Shown: positions 46,090 through 55,704 of the stretch, one piece after another
Numbering within the stretch: position 1 is the stretch's first letter
How the letters are laid out: each line of letters opens with the position of its first letter
NCBI GenBank assembly: GCA_018694835.1
Contig: JABHOG010000015.1
Location: forward strand, 108,192-172,191
Direction: 5' to 3'
Length of the DNA stretch: 64,000 nucleotides
DNA from: Planctomycetota bacterium
Lineage (GTDB): Bacteria > Planctomycetota > UBA8108 > UBA1146
Translations under genes and position numbers: made by a program
The notes under the pieces: model-generated
Seen by the model: the letters and a program-made list of their open reading frames with translations, nothing else
What the model was told of the DNA's origin: nothing
Database searches by the model: none

Positions 46090-46821
46090 CTAGAGCACCT
46101 CCGGAACCTCGACACCGCATTCACGCAGCACCTCGGCAAGATCCCAGAAATTTTGAATGATGTGATCGGGCGGAGATTGCCCGACGATATTCCTGAATCG
46201 GTCTTCACGCTGGACCAGAACCGTGATCATGCCGATCTCGTTGGCGGGATCGATGTCCATCAGCGGGTTGTCTCCGACATAGACGCACTCCGACGGTCGT
46301 AAATTGAGATCGATGCAGGCACGTTGATACAATTTTGGATTGGGTTTAGAAATTCCGACCTGATGAGAGATGAAGATCGATTTCTGCTGGAAGAACTCGA
46401 GCAAACGTAACCGAACCAACTTCTCGGCCTGCTTGATCTCGAGGCCCTCTGTGATGATTCCCAGCAATAGTTCGGTCTGCCGCAACCGACGAAGTACTTC
46501 CACAGCATCGACGAATGGTTCCAGCAACCGGGTCTTTGTATCGTGATAGGCGACAATACCCGCTGCGGTGATCACTGCAGGGTTGAGCCCCTTCAGAGTT
46601 CTACGTGGCAATCGCAACAGTAACTTGTCGAAGTGTTTTTCGTAGTTGGATGAGAACTCCAGCACAACTTCTGCCAGTTCTTCGAGCAACTCCTCCCGAG
46701 AAACGGGGAGGCCAGCTCCGACCATCGCATCCACGCTCGCCTCACGCGCCCGTGAAGCAAATTCAGAGGTAGAAAATAGAGTGCCATCGATGTCAAAAAA
46801 GACTGCCCTGATTTCACTCAT
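46090..46821 (-). CDS. HAD-superfamily hydrolase
   Basis: Motif I FFDIDGTLF and motif IV VGDNPLMDI. AGGAAGGA lies upstream. Its stop abuts the GT2 start. Confidence 0.8.
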   Translation of the reverse strand: MSEIRAVFFDIDGTLFSTSEFASRAREASVDAMVGAGLPVSREELLEELAEVVLEFSSNYEKHFDKLLLRLPRRTLKGLNPAVITAAGIVAYHDTKTRLLEPFVDAVEVLRRLRQTELLLGIITEGLEIKQAEKLVRLRLLEFFQQKSIFISHQVGISKPNPKLYQRACIDLNLRPSECVYVGDNPLMDIDPANEIGMITVLVQREDRFRNIVGQSPPDHIIQNFWDLAEVLRECGVEVPEVL

Positions 46822-46835
46822 TGGGTGTCCTTCCT

Positions 46836-46884
46836 GACAAGAAACAGGGGTCGTATCCAGGCGAACACCTGGGATACGACCCCC
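46836..46884 (-). terminator. Hairpin terminator ending the secretin/ExbBD cluster
   Basis: 15-bp stem with one bulge, GGGGTCGTATCCAGG / CCTGGGATACGACCCC (46847-46883), 6-nt loop. On the minus strand it is followed by TGTTTCTTGTC (a weak U-tract). Confidence 0.6.
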
Positions 46885-46932
46885 GACTCCAGTGGCAACT
46901 TTAAGCTGCTCATCCGACGATTCTAAATCGAA

Positions 46933-49746
46933 TCAGTTATAGAGCTTCTGCTCTTCAGCGCGCAGGTCGATAATCTTGGCAGTGATGAGGATGTAGAGAC
47001 TCCTCTTCTCGTTCAAGTAAGCCTTCCTCCGGAACAGATTCTTGAGGAGCGGAATGTTACCCAGAATCGGCACCTGTGACTTGTGGCTCATCTGATTCAG
47101 ACTTCGGAATCCGCCCAGCAATACAGACCCACCATCGGGAACTGTCACCGACGTGAACGCCTGCTGCAGCGAGATCTCGGGCAGATCGATTTCCACCAGG
47201 CTTGCCGCATTGTTGAGAGTTCCGAGACTGATGGTCACGGTAGAGATCACACCATTGATGAGACTGGCCAAAGTCGGACGCACATCGACGGTGATGTAAC
47301 GGCGATCGGCAGAGATCACCGGTCGCACATCCAGCACCACCCCGTCCTGGAAAGTATCGATCACCGGGTCAGCCACCTCGGAAACCACCAGTCCAGTACC
47401 TCCGGAAACCAGCTCGTAATCCTGAACATAGGAACGCTGAGTGATCACCGAAACGTGAACCCGCTGACCGTTGGAAGCGGTCACCTGAGGTGCAGTGACG
47501 ATTCGTGCCGCTCGCTGTTCCTGACTCGCACGGATGATGGCGTTGATCTGGAACGGATCGAGCCAGGTCACCTGCATCGACAAGCCACGCAAAGTGGCGT
47601 TGAGTCGATTACCACGTGCGGCTCCGACAAACCCGTCGAGGATGTGCTGCATTCGCCCAGCAGTTCGATCCTGCCCCATGATCAGTGCAGGATCGGTGGG
47701 ATCCCCTAGATTGTTGAATCCGATGTCTGAGCCACCGGTTCCAGAAGCATTCAGGTTGCCATATGCAGTACCAAAACCCTGTCCGGGAGGCTGCCCGAGG
47801 TTGCGAGAATCAACTCCGATATCCTCCAGGAAGTCCTCAACCATGTCGATAAAGCGTGCCTCAACCACGACAAAGACGTCGCTGTTGGCCCGCAAGTTCT
47901 CGAGGAAATCCATGATGGAAAGGTGCAATTCCCTGGTGGCTGTGACGAGGATCTGTCCCTTATGACCGCTGATGGTCGAACCGGACTCATCCCAGATATC
48001 TGTTCCACCGGTCGATTCCTGGATCAACTCGACCAGATCATCCGGAGTCAGTTCAGCATCTTCTTCCTCGTCGAATCCTCCGAAATCGAAGGGGTTACTA
48101 CCCCCTCCTTCTTCTCCACCATCGTTACTGGTGACCCGAATCGAAGGACCAGGGAAATCACGGATCTTGTTGAGGATATCGGTGACGTTGTAAATCTCGA
48201 AAATGAGGTTTCCGAAAGCGTTTTCCGGTTCCGTGATGAACAGAATGTTTTCACGGAAGGTGTACGCCTTTCCGGTCGACTTCATGATGAGGTCCAGCGC
48301 CTCTCCCAGTTTCACTCCTTCAAGTGAAAGATTCACCGGCACATCGGCGCCCTCGATCTCGTTATCGATCTGGATGTTGAGATCACTGACACTACGAAGG
48401 AAAGCCACTACCTCTGCGAGGTTGGCATCGGGGAAATCGAACGAGGTCGATCCGGAAGCCAGTGTTCTACGGATCTTGCGAATCTCCGGTGATTCCTCGA
48501 GGTTATTGGAGGAAAGCCCGCTCAGCCGCTGCTGCACTTCACCTTGCCAGAAATCACGTGAATCGGGAAAGCGGAACGGATCTTCGTAAGGGATCGCCGA
48601 TCGCTCGAGGTCTTCCCAAACGCGAGTCTCTTGCTCCTTGTTACGGGAGAGGTAATTGACATACCGATGAGATGCCATGTACTCCTGCGCTCGCTCCTGC
48701 AGTCGTCTGGCAGCCCCATTCTGAGGGTCAATCTGAAGAATCGTCTTGCACAGTTGCGAGGCCTCGCGGAAGTCCTCACGGACCATCGCGTCCTCGATCC
48801 TGTCCATCAGGGTGGAAATCCGCTCGATGCGACGTTTCTCCGCCTCAGAGGTCAGACGCTCCGCCTCGCGAATGGCAAACACTTCACGATCACGGCGATT
48901 GGTTTCTTCGCTGCTGATCTTCAGGTTTCGGGCACGGTCGTAGAGGGATTGTGCCTCCTCCTGCATGTCCGAGACATCGACCCCGTACTCGAACCAGATC
49001 AGTCTTTCTCTGGCTCGCTGCAGCAGATCGAGAGCTTCTTCAGTCCGATTCTCCTCCAGCGCAGTTTTACCCTCTGCCAGGAAGCGAGTCGCTTCGCTGA
49101 GACGCTGCTGCTCGAGAACCTTGACCTCTTCACCAAACTGCTGAAGCACCGTGAGGATCTCACCATCACGACGGCCCAGGAACATCAGGCAGCGTGCCAG
49201 ATTCTTCTTGGCTTCCTGCAGGCTCGGATCGCTATTCAGAGCTCTACGGTAAGCGCGCTCCGCAGCAGAGTAGTCCGCTTCTGCAAAGAAACGATCTGCC
49301 TGGCTCACCAACCACTGGGCAGTTTTGCGCCGCTCCTGTACCTCAAGCGAGATATCGTCAGCGATCTTTCCCACCGAATCATCAGCGTCTTGGCTCGCTG
49401 AAGATGTGCGAGAAGCGTCTTGGCTCGCTGAAGATGTGCGAGAGAAGAGATCCTGCTGGGAGTCGTCCGCAACAGCTCTAGGTGGCTCCAGCGCTACCTC
49501 AGTCGGCGCAGCCGCTCGAACCCCGTCAGAGCTTCCGCTGCAACCGGATAGCGATGTGACGAGGATTCCAGCGGACAGGAGTCCGCACAGAACCACTGCG
49601 AAATTTGTAAACGCACGTGAAATTGAAACACGTGTACTTGAAGCTTGGGTCTCGTTCACGAGAGCACCCTTTCTTTTTTCGCCAGCATCTTCTTGGTGAA
49701 GAAACAGACGAGCTCGACATTTAGCGATCAAATTACAGCACGGCAC
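46933..49746 (-). CDS. Secretin B (GspD/PilQ superfamily) with long helical TPR-like N-terminal region; probable lipoprotein
   Basis: C-terminal secretin core ...VTVPDGGSVLLGGFRSLNQMSHKSQVPILGNIPLLKNLFRRK...SLYILITAKII.... N0-like ...FDFPDANLAEVVAFLRSVSDLNIQID.... Lipobox ILVTSLSGC. The probable true start is the GTG at 49659. Confidence 0.85.
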   Translation of the reverse strand: MPCCNLIAKCRARLFLHQEDAGEKRKGALVNETQASSTRVSISRAFTNFAVVLCGLLSAGILVTSLSGCSGSSDGVRAAAPTEVALEPPRAVADDSQQDLFSRTSSASQDASRTSSASQDADDSVGKIADDISLEVQERRKTAQWLVSQADRFFAEADYSAAERAYRRALNSDPSLQEAKKNLARCLMFLGRRDGEILTVLQQFGEEVKVLEQQRLSEATRFLAEGKTALEENRTEEALDLLQRARERLIWFEYGVDVSDMQEEAQSLYDRARNLKISSEETNRRDREVFAIREAERLTSEAEKRRIERISTLMDRIEDAMVREDFREASQLCKTILQIDPQNGAARRLQERAQEYMASHRYVNYLSRNKEQETRVWEDLERSAIPYEDPFRFPDSRDFWQGEVQQRLSGLSSNNLEESPEIRKIRRTLASGSTSFDFPDANLAEVVAFLRSVSDLNIQIDNEIEGADVPVNLSLEGVKLGEALDLIMKSTGKAYTFRENILFITEPENAFGNLIFEIYNVTDILNKIRDFPGPSIRVTSNDGGEEGGGSNPFDFGGFDEEEDAELTPDDLVELIQESTGGTDIWDESGSTISGHKGQILVTATRELHLSIMDFLENLRANSDVFVVVEARFIDMVEDFLEDIGVDSRNLGQPPGQGFGTAYGNLNASGTGGSDIGFNNLGDPTDPALIMGQDRTAGRMQHILDGFVGAARGNRLNATLRGLSMQVTWLDPFQINAIIRASQEQRAARIVTAPQVTASNGQRVHVSVITQRSYVQDYELVSGGTGLVVSEVADPVIDTFQDGVVLDVRPVISADRRYITVDVRPTLASLINGVISTVTISLGTLNNAASLVEIDLPEISLQQAFTSVTVPDGGSVLLGGFRSLNQMSHKSQVPILGNIPLLKNLFRRKAYLNEKRSLYILITAKIIDLRAEEQKLYN
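49385..49444 (-). repeat. 30-nt tandem duplication inside secretin B
   Basis: gcgtcttggctcgctgaagatgtgcgaga(a/g) occurs twice back to back (29/30 identical), encoding SRTSSASQDA twice. Confidence 0.95.
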
Positions 49747-49779
49747 GAAAACAACCGTTTTAGTACCGACTCAAATTCT

Positions 49780-50292
49780 TCACTCCAGCGGAACTTCCGG
49801 CTGGGCAAAGGCGATGTTCACGATTTCTTGTCTGGCACAGATGTTCAAAACATCGATGACATACTTGTACGGTACTTCCTTGGCAAAGTCGATGACCACT
49901 GGCAAGGAGCCGTTGCCATCGAGTGGAACGTATCTCGATTTCATGCCGCTGATGTAATCCTCGATGAAGTTGAGGTCAGGACCAGCAACTCCGGTAAATT
50001 GCTCGTAATCCGATTCCAACTGCTCATTTAGCGGTACCTGGGACTGATCGGCCCAGGCGATCACTTGCCCCCCCTGGTTCATCAGGGTGATCCTGCACGT
50101 CTCTGACAGGATCGGGCGGCTATTAGATTCGCCACGATTTTTCGGTAAATAGGACCTCAGAGTGCCTTCAGGCATCTTGAATTTGGTCGCCAACATGAAG
50201 AAAATCAACAGGAGAAATACGACGTCGATCATCGATGTCATGTCGGTTTCCACTTCTCCGGGATCGCCTTTTGCTTTTTTACGTCGGGCCAT
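49780..50292 (-). CDS. exbD: ExbD/TolR-family protein (paralog 2)
   Basis: 170 aa, ...DMTSMIDVVFLLLIFFM... TM with the conserved Asp, followed by a periplasmic domain. Confidence 0.85.
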   Translation of the reverse strand: MARRKKAKGDPGEVETDMTSMIDVVFLLLIFFMLATKFKMPEGTLRSYLPKNRGESNSRPILSETCRITLMNQGGQVIAWADQSQVPLNEQLESDYEQFTGVAGPDLNFIEDYISGMKSRYVPLDGNGSLPVVIDFAKEVPYKYVIDVLNICARQEIVNIAFAQPEVPLE

Positions 50293-50343
50293 CGTATCTC
50301 CTTTCCATTCTCATCGTTCTTACCATTGGTTCCACCTCAGCCA

Positions 50344-50847
50344 TCAAGGCTGATCGGAGTAAGGATCTTCCAGTCTCTCGTTGATCGCAGAGCAACTGAC
50401 CTGATAGATCCCCGCTTTCTGACAAGCGCCAAAGATGCTGTGTATGTTTCCGGCATCGGCTCCCTGATCACAGCGAATCGTCACATGCAGAGTGGAAAGT
50501 TTTTTGCCTGATGGATTATTCGGGTTGTCCTCGAATTTCCCATGCGCAGCCACTTCCCCTTTCAGTTCGGTCTCCAGTTCTTTCGGAGTCAACGGCGATC
50601 CATTCATCAACTGAATGATCTGCTTGTTTTCCTTATCGAACGACACGTTCACCACCAAAATCACCTGATCTGGTTGTGGCTCCTCAACCTTCGCTTCATT
50701 CGCAACCGGCAAGATGACCACCGCCTGCTGGACCGACAACTCGGTCACTACCATGAAGAAAACGATGAGCAGGAACACGATGTCGATCATCGGGGTCATG
50801 TCCATTTCAACACCGTAGTCAGTTTTTTTGGCTCGCTTCGATGCCAT
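50344..50847 (-). CDS. exbD: ExbD/TolR-family protein (paralog 1)
   Basis: 167 aa, ...MDMTPMIDIVFLLIVFFMV.... Confidence 0.85.
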   Translation of the reverse strand: MASKRAKKTDYGVEMDMTPMIDIVFLLIVFFMVVTELSVQQAVVILPVANEAKVEEPQPDQVILVVNVSFDKENKQIIQLMNGSPLTPKELETELKGEVAAHGKFEDNPNNPSGKKLSTLHVTIRCDQGADAGNIHSIFGACQKAGIYQVSCSAINERLEDPYSDQP

Positions 50848-50869
50848 CTCTACTTCTCCAGCAATCTAT

Positions 50870-51604
50870 TCACTGAGCCTGGTGATCGTCGAACTGTTCC
50901 ATCAATTCTGTAGCCACGCTACTCACTTCAACTGCGGCAGCTTCAATTTTGGTCTTGAAGATGAAGTAAGCGACGGTCATAGGAATCGCCACGATGAGCC
51001 CCATCATCGTCGTCATCAGCGCTTGTGAAATCCCCTGCGCCAGGTCCTTTGGTTTCGGCGAAGTCTTACTCATGGCGATGACGTTGAACGCCGTCACCAT
51101 GCCGATCACGGTACCCAGTAGTCCGAGCATCGGAGAAATGGCCGCAATCAAGGAGATGAAACTGATCTTTCGGTGGAGATCCGCAGATTCAACTTCACCG
51201 GCTTCCTCCATCGCATCCTGAATCTCGTCATAGGGGCGGTCGATCTTGGGTAAACCTGCAGCCAGTACACTGGAAAAGTAACTGGGTTGCTGCTCACACG
51301 CATCGAGAGCCGACTCAAAATCGCCCGTTTCGAACAGCCCTTCCACATGACCGACCAGTTCCGGGGGTACCAGAACATCGCGGCGCATCTGGATGGCATT
51401 CATGATGATCAAGGTCACTCCCACAATCGAGAGCAATATCAGGATCACACCCACTGCTCCGGCAGCCTTGATGTTGTCCAGCACAGATACTGTCGTCGGC
51501 GCAACTTCCTGAGCATGTACTTCCTCAGTGAATGCGACGCCGAGTGTGATCAACAGTAGAGCCAGCACTGCAGTTCTTCCGCAGGTGGTACTCAACTTCT
51601 TCAT
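50870..51604 (-). CDS. exbB: MotA/TolQ/ExbB proton-channel protein with N-terminal signal-like segment
   Basis: ...ISLIAAISPMLGLLGTVIGMVTAF...GISQALMTTMMGLIVAIPM.... ATG at 51604 (MKKLSTT...) preceded by GAGAGGAA is preferred over the track start at 51637. Confidence 0.85.
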   Translation of the reverse strand: MKKLSTTCGRTAVLALLLITLGVAFTEEVHAQEVAPTTVSVLDNIKAAGAVGVILILLSIVGVTLIIMNAIQMRRDVLVPPELVGHVEGLFETGDFESALDACEQQPSYFSSVLAAGLPKIDRPYDEIQDAMEEAGEVESADLHRKISFISLIAAISPMLGLLGTVIGMVTAFNVIAMSKTSPKPKDLAQGISQALMTTMMGLIVAIPMTVAYFIFKTKIEAAAVEVSSVATELMEQFDDHQAQ

Positions 51605-51662
51605 CGTCTTGATTCCTCTCAACAGTCCCGGAAACACCGGGAAAACTGAATCGACAATTAAT

Positions 51663-52799
51663 CTAATGATTCCAAACAGAGTTTGGTGCCAACTTTTGTA
51701 ACCTCTGGGTCAATTCTTCGACTCTATCGTTCAATCCAAGTTCCTTGGCAGCGCTCTTGGCCCGAAACAACGATTCCGCGAGGATGTCACCATTGCCAGT
51801 GGTAGCGATCACCGCAGCCCTGAAGTAGCGAATCAGTGCCCATTGCAACTGAGTTCGATCGCCACCCGCCTGGCCATGACTGGCTCTTCCCCAGATCAAC
51901 CATGCCCTCGCTCTGGAAGCGGTTGTTGCTGTGGAATTTCGATCACGATTTTCCAGCACTTTTTGGCGAACAGTATCGGTCGCGGAAGACCATTGTTTCT
52001 GTCCCAACTGACAACTGGCATATCCTAGCCACGCAACGGTGCCCATCGAAGCCCCTGCCTGAGAATCGTTGGCGACCGCGGAGAACAGTTCACGAGCTTC
52101 GGTCCATTTTTCCTGGGCGAGCAACACCTCTGCCTTGCCCAGGGTCCCTCCCTGGATCCACTTCTTGCCCAGGTCTCCCTGGGCCAGTGGCTGGAGTGCC
52201 TGCAAGGCATCGGACCACTTCCCGGAACTCTTGTAGGCGGCCGACAGGCCCATCCGGGCGTACGGCACATAGAAGTCCTTTTTCGGCTCGTATGCTGCGA
52301 TGAAGGCATCAAAAGCACCAATCGCCGCAGTCAGTTTCGAGGAATCTTGCTGTCCCAGACGTAGTAGCGCCTCTGCCAGAAGATAACTGGCATTGGACCG
52401 ATGACGGTCGGCTCCCTGACTGCTGGCAGCTGTCAGAGCGCTCACCGCTCCTTCCAGATCTCCTTGCTCAAGCGCCCCACGCCCCCGGGAGAGATTAGCA
52501 GGCTCTCCGGAGAAGCGAAGTTCCAGCACCTTTTCGGAGGAGAGTTTCTGGGCAGTGCTGACCCCGGGTAACCGGTACTCGACCTGTTCCCAGGTAGCGG
52601 TCGAGATGGTGACCCCCTCGTAGTTCCTGCCTCCTGTGACGATGATTTCATCGGCACGAACAGAAGAGTGGCCCACCAGTCCACTGGTGAGTACGGCGAA
52701 TACGGTCAATATCCATCGACTCCACCCTTGAGCTGCGTGAGCGGTCAGAACGAGACTATTTTCTAATTTCATCAATTCGTCTTTCATCGTCACTGGCAA
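51663..52799 (-). CDS. Periplasmic TPR-like protein (378 aa)
   Basis: Signal/anchor WILTVFAVLTSGLVGHSSVRA followed by helical repeats (...YLLAEALLRLGQ..., ...GKAEVLLAQEKWTEARELF...). Tightly abuts or overlaps the upstream gene. Confidence 0.7.
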   Translation of the reverse strand: MPVTMKDELMKLENSLVLTAHAAQGWSRWILTVFAVLTSGLVGHSSVRADEIIVTGGRNYEGVTISTATWEQVEYRLPGVSTAQKLSSEKVLELRFSGEPANLSRGRGALEQGDLEGAVSALTAASSQGADRHRSNASYLLAEALLRLGQQDSSKLTAAIGAFDAFIAAYEPKKDFYVPYARMGLSAAYKSSGKWSDALQALQPLAQGDLGKKWIQGGTLGKAEVLLAQEKWTEARELFSAVANDSQAGASMGTVAWLGYASCQLGQKQWSSATDTVRQKVLENRDRNSTATTASRARAWLIWGRASHGQAGGDRTQLQWALIRYFRAAVIATTGNGDILAESLFRAKSAAKELGLNDRVEELTQRLQKLAPNSVWNH

Positions 52800-55645
52800 T
52801 CTTTTTCCAGTTGATCAAATCGTGGCTGAAGACTCTCGGGAGCGAACGCTGAAGTTTCCCCTCCAGCCTTCAATCTGCGACTGCCGATCAGTCCTATCAC
52901 CTGCTCGCACTGCTTTCTGGCCTTCATTACTTCCAGGTATTGAAGCCAGGTAGACCAGTAATCGCGCTCAAATAGTGGTGGAATTCCACCTCCAAAGAGC
53001 AACGACTGTCTCCTCTGATCCAGGATCGCCAGTGCCGATCGAAGATCATCCGACATCATCTCGAGGCGACTATCATCACGATCTGCTTCATACAGACCAC
53101 GATTCGCAGATGCTCGTTGAACCAGCACAAATGGAGCATCTGGATAGGCGCCGTTGTAGGTGTCATCGGCATATTTGTCGATCAGGTCATCGAGACTCGC
53201 GAGGGCGTCCCGATGCTTTCCAGCAGCGTTGGCTGCCTTGGCGAGGAAGTAAGCCACCCCGATATCAAGAACGGGATCACCTGCGCCCTTCGCATCGTTC
53301 TGTGCCTCTGCCAGCATCGTGGCCGCTTCGTTGGAAAACTTTGCATCGATCAGGATCGAGGCCAGGCCCAGTTTCACTGCTGGCGCTGCCTGGTCGAACT
53401 GGGAACCGGGCAACTGGATCCACTCCAGCACCAGTTCTCCCGCACGACGAGAATTCGCCACAGTTGACGAAACCTTGCAAGCCTCGATGAGGTAGTAGGT
53501 TCCGGCCACCAGGGAGTGTTCCGTCGACCAGTTCTTACGAATCTCAGTCAGGCTCTTCTCGGCCTCTACCAGTTGCCCTTCGGCACAGAGGATTTCGTGC
53601 AAGAGCAAGATCGCTCCCTCACGATAAACACTGCTTCCCGACAACTCCTCGAGCACTGGCTTGAGCGCCTCGATGGCGGAGGAGGGGTTCTTGCCCCGAT
53701 CACTCCAGTAGATACGACCCAATTCAAAGCGAAGAGAAGATTCTCCAGAGACATCGCGATCGCTGCGAGCATCCGCCAGCAGTGCTCGTATTTCACCGGC
53801 GGCATCACGAGTTCCCTGTTCCAAATCGGTACTCAATCGAAAGAGGCAACGTGCTCCCGCCGCTCGAGCTCGATAGAAAAACGGAACCGTCATTTCTCCC
53901 GCCCCATCGTCATACTTCGAGGCGATTCGACGGAACAGGTCACGTGCATTGCTGTATTCTCCTCGGTCCTCAGCCTCACTCGCTTGCTGCAGTTTTAACT
54001 GCTCGCTACCGAGGCCCTGGGAGTTGTCAGCAAAGAGTTTCTCAGCGACCGGAATCAGTTCAGCCCAAGCACCACCGCGGTCACTTCCCAGATCCCCAAC
54101 GATGGCAAAGAAGTTCTGGCTGGCCATCGCCACGATATCGCTCTCGGGGTATTGTTCGACCAACACCTGGTACGCGATGGCCGCTTCTTCGACACGGCCC
54201 AGGGCATCACAGGACTCGCCAATCTCGTAGAGGGCTTTCGCCTTCCATTGCCGAGAGATCTTGTCGTCATTACGACAGCCGAGCGCCCTCTTGGCTGATT
54301 CTGCCGCCTTCAGCGGCTGACCTCGGTCGCGAAATCCTGCAGCGGCACGAACATACAATTCGGGTGTCAAATTCCCGACATTCATCTCGAGCAGACGACT
54401 GATTCCGCGAGCCAGACGATCGAGAGTTTCACGAGTGGAGGAAGGGTCGGCCTTCCAGTTGTCCACCGTGTCGTAACTTTGAATCAGTTGCGCCATCAAG
54501 GACAGTCCAGTGCTTCGATCACCACCGGCGATTCGCGAGATCGCCTCCTCAACATCCAGCACCGCCACCAGTGGAGCGATTTCTGGATCTTCTGGAGTAC
54601 TGCGGTATGGAAAATTGGGGTCCACTTCCTCGTAGAGGTACTCGAGTAAATCGAGTGCTTCAGTGGCCATCGATGCTCGGTTGTATGCAGCCAGCGATCC
54701 CGCGAGGGATTCGACTCTCATACTGCGTATGAATCGGATGACTTCCGGGTCATAGGGAGGGTCTCCACTCGGCTCAATATCGACCAGCAGTTCCAGTTCA
54801 GCGGCGGCTTCCTGCGGGTGCCCTGAAGCCGCCAGAGCCTTACCGTAGATCAACTGTGCACGATAGCGCCGGGCGAAGTTATCGTATCGAAGGTCGACAA
54901 ATTGCTTGGAGAGAAGTGCCAGTTCGTCGAACAATGCCGACTTGGCCGCCGATTCGTCCGCCAACAATCCGCAGTACACCTGGATCGCCGACAGTTCCTG
55001 GAACTCCCAGAGATCTCGGATCTGCACCTTCTCCACCAGGGTTTGTGCCAGAGTTCGCTTACTCTCGGAGTCCTTCTCGGCAATCACCTTGGCCTGAATC
55101 AAATCCACATCCGAGTTCTGGATACGAATATTATCTTTCAGAATCCGTCGCACCTCGTCCTCCCAGAGTCGATCGCGTTTCTCGATGAAACGCTGTCGAT
55201 CGGAAGGGCTGGTGGCGAACACCGCCTCGGTATTGGCGTCACTGAGGCGCAGCATGGCAGCCAGTACGGCTTCCAGCTTCGCCCCCTTCGAGCGCATATG
55301 ATTGGGATACTTCTTGGCCAGAACTCGAATCGATTCTTCGTAGCCATCGATATCACCCTCGACTCGAGTCGCATCGGCGAGGTAGTACTCCAGGCTCGCT
55401 CGAGCAGAAGAACTCGCCGTTTTCTTGCGAGAGTCGATCCAGATCCGCGCCAGATCAGGGCTGTTGTAGGAGATGAGTAATTCGCGGAGCAGCGATTGCT
55501 CTTCAGAAGTGAGGTCACCACGCCCGAGGCTCTGTGCACCGACCGCGGACGTCGCTAGAAGCGACATTCCGATCGAAACACAAAGCAGTGCAATGCCTCG
55601 AAGGCGGCACTGCCCTGTTCGGTTACATGATTCCATCAATTCCAC
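52790..55645 (-). CDS. Large periplasmic all-helical TPR-like protein (951 aa)
   Basis: Signal peptide ...IALLCVSIGMSLLATSAVGAQS, then about 900 aa of helical-repeat-like sequence. No enzymatic motif seen. Confidence 0.7.
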   Translation of the reverse strand: MELMESCNRTGQCRLRGIALLCVSIGMSLLATSAVGAQSLGRGDLTSEEQSLLRELLISYNSPDLARIWIDSRKKTASSSARASLEYYLADATRVEGDIDGYEESIRVLAKKYPNHMRSKGAKLEAVLAAMLRLSDANTEAVFATSPSDRQRFIEKRDRLWEDEVRRILKDNIRIQNSDVDLIQAKVIAEKDSESKRTLAQTLVEKVQIRDLWEFQELSAIQVYCGLLADESAAKSALFDELALLSKQFVDLRYDNFARRYRAQLIYGKALAASGHPQEAAAELELLVDIEPSGDPPYDPEVIRFIRSMRVESLAGSLAAYNRASMATEALDLLEYLYEEVDPNFPYRSTPEDPEIAPLVAVLDVEEAISRIAGGDRSTGLSLMAQLIQSYDTVDNWKADPSSTRETLDRLARGISRLLEMNVGNLTPELYVRAAAGFRDRGQPLKAAESAKRALGCRNDDKISRQWKAKALYEIGESCDALGRVEEAAIAYQVLVEQYPESDIVAMASQNFFAIVGDLGSDRGGAWAELIPVAEKLFADNSQGLGSEQLKLQQASEAEDRGEYSNARDLFRRIASKYDDGAGEMTVPFFYRARAAGARCLFRLSTDLEQGTRDAAGEIRALLADARSDRDVSGESSLRFELGRIYWSDRGKNPSSAIEALKPVLEELSGSSVYREGAILLLHEILCAEGQLVEAEKSLTEIRKNWSTEHSLVAGTYYLIEACKVSSTVANSRRAGELVLEWIQLPGSQFDQAAPAVKLGLASILIDAKFSNEAATMLAEAQNDAKGAGDPVLDIGVAYFLAKAANAAGKHRDALASLDDLIDKYADDTYNGAYPDAPFVLVQRASANRGLYEADRDDSRLEMMSDDLRSALAILDQRRQSLLFGGGIPPLFERDYWSTWLQYLEVMKARKQCEQVIGLIGSRRLKAGGETSAFAPESLQPRFDQLEKDCQ

Positions 55646-55704
55646 TCCCGCCTCCCCGTCGCGGGCATCGACATCTCTGTCGTGCGATTTGTCACTCAGT
55701 AGGC

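Noticed and set aside
51663-55645. Tested whether either TPR protein, or the 368-aa protein (58521-59627), is a disguised TonB/TolA
   Set aside because: None shows the combination of an N-terminal TM with the SHLS-type motif, a Pro-rich (EP/KP) spacer and a TonB_C-like C-terminus. The 368-aa protein ends in an acidic/Gly tail. A profile search is still advisable.
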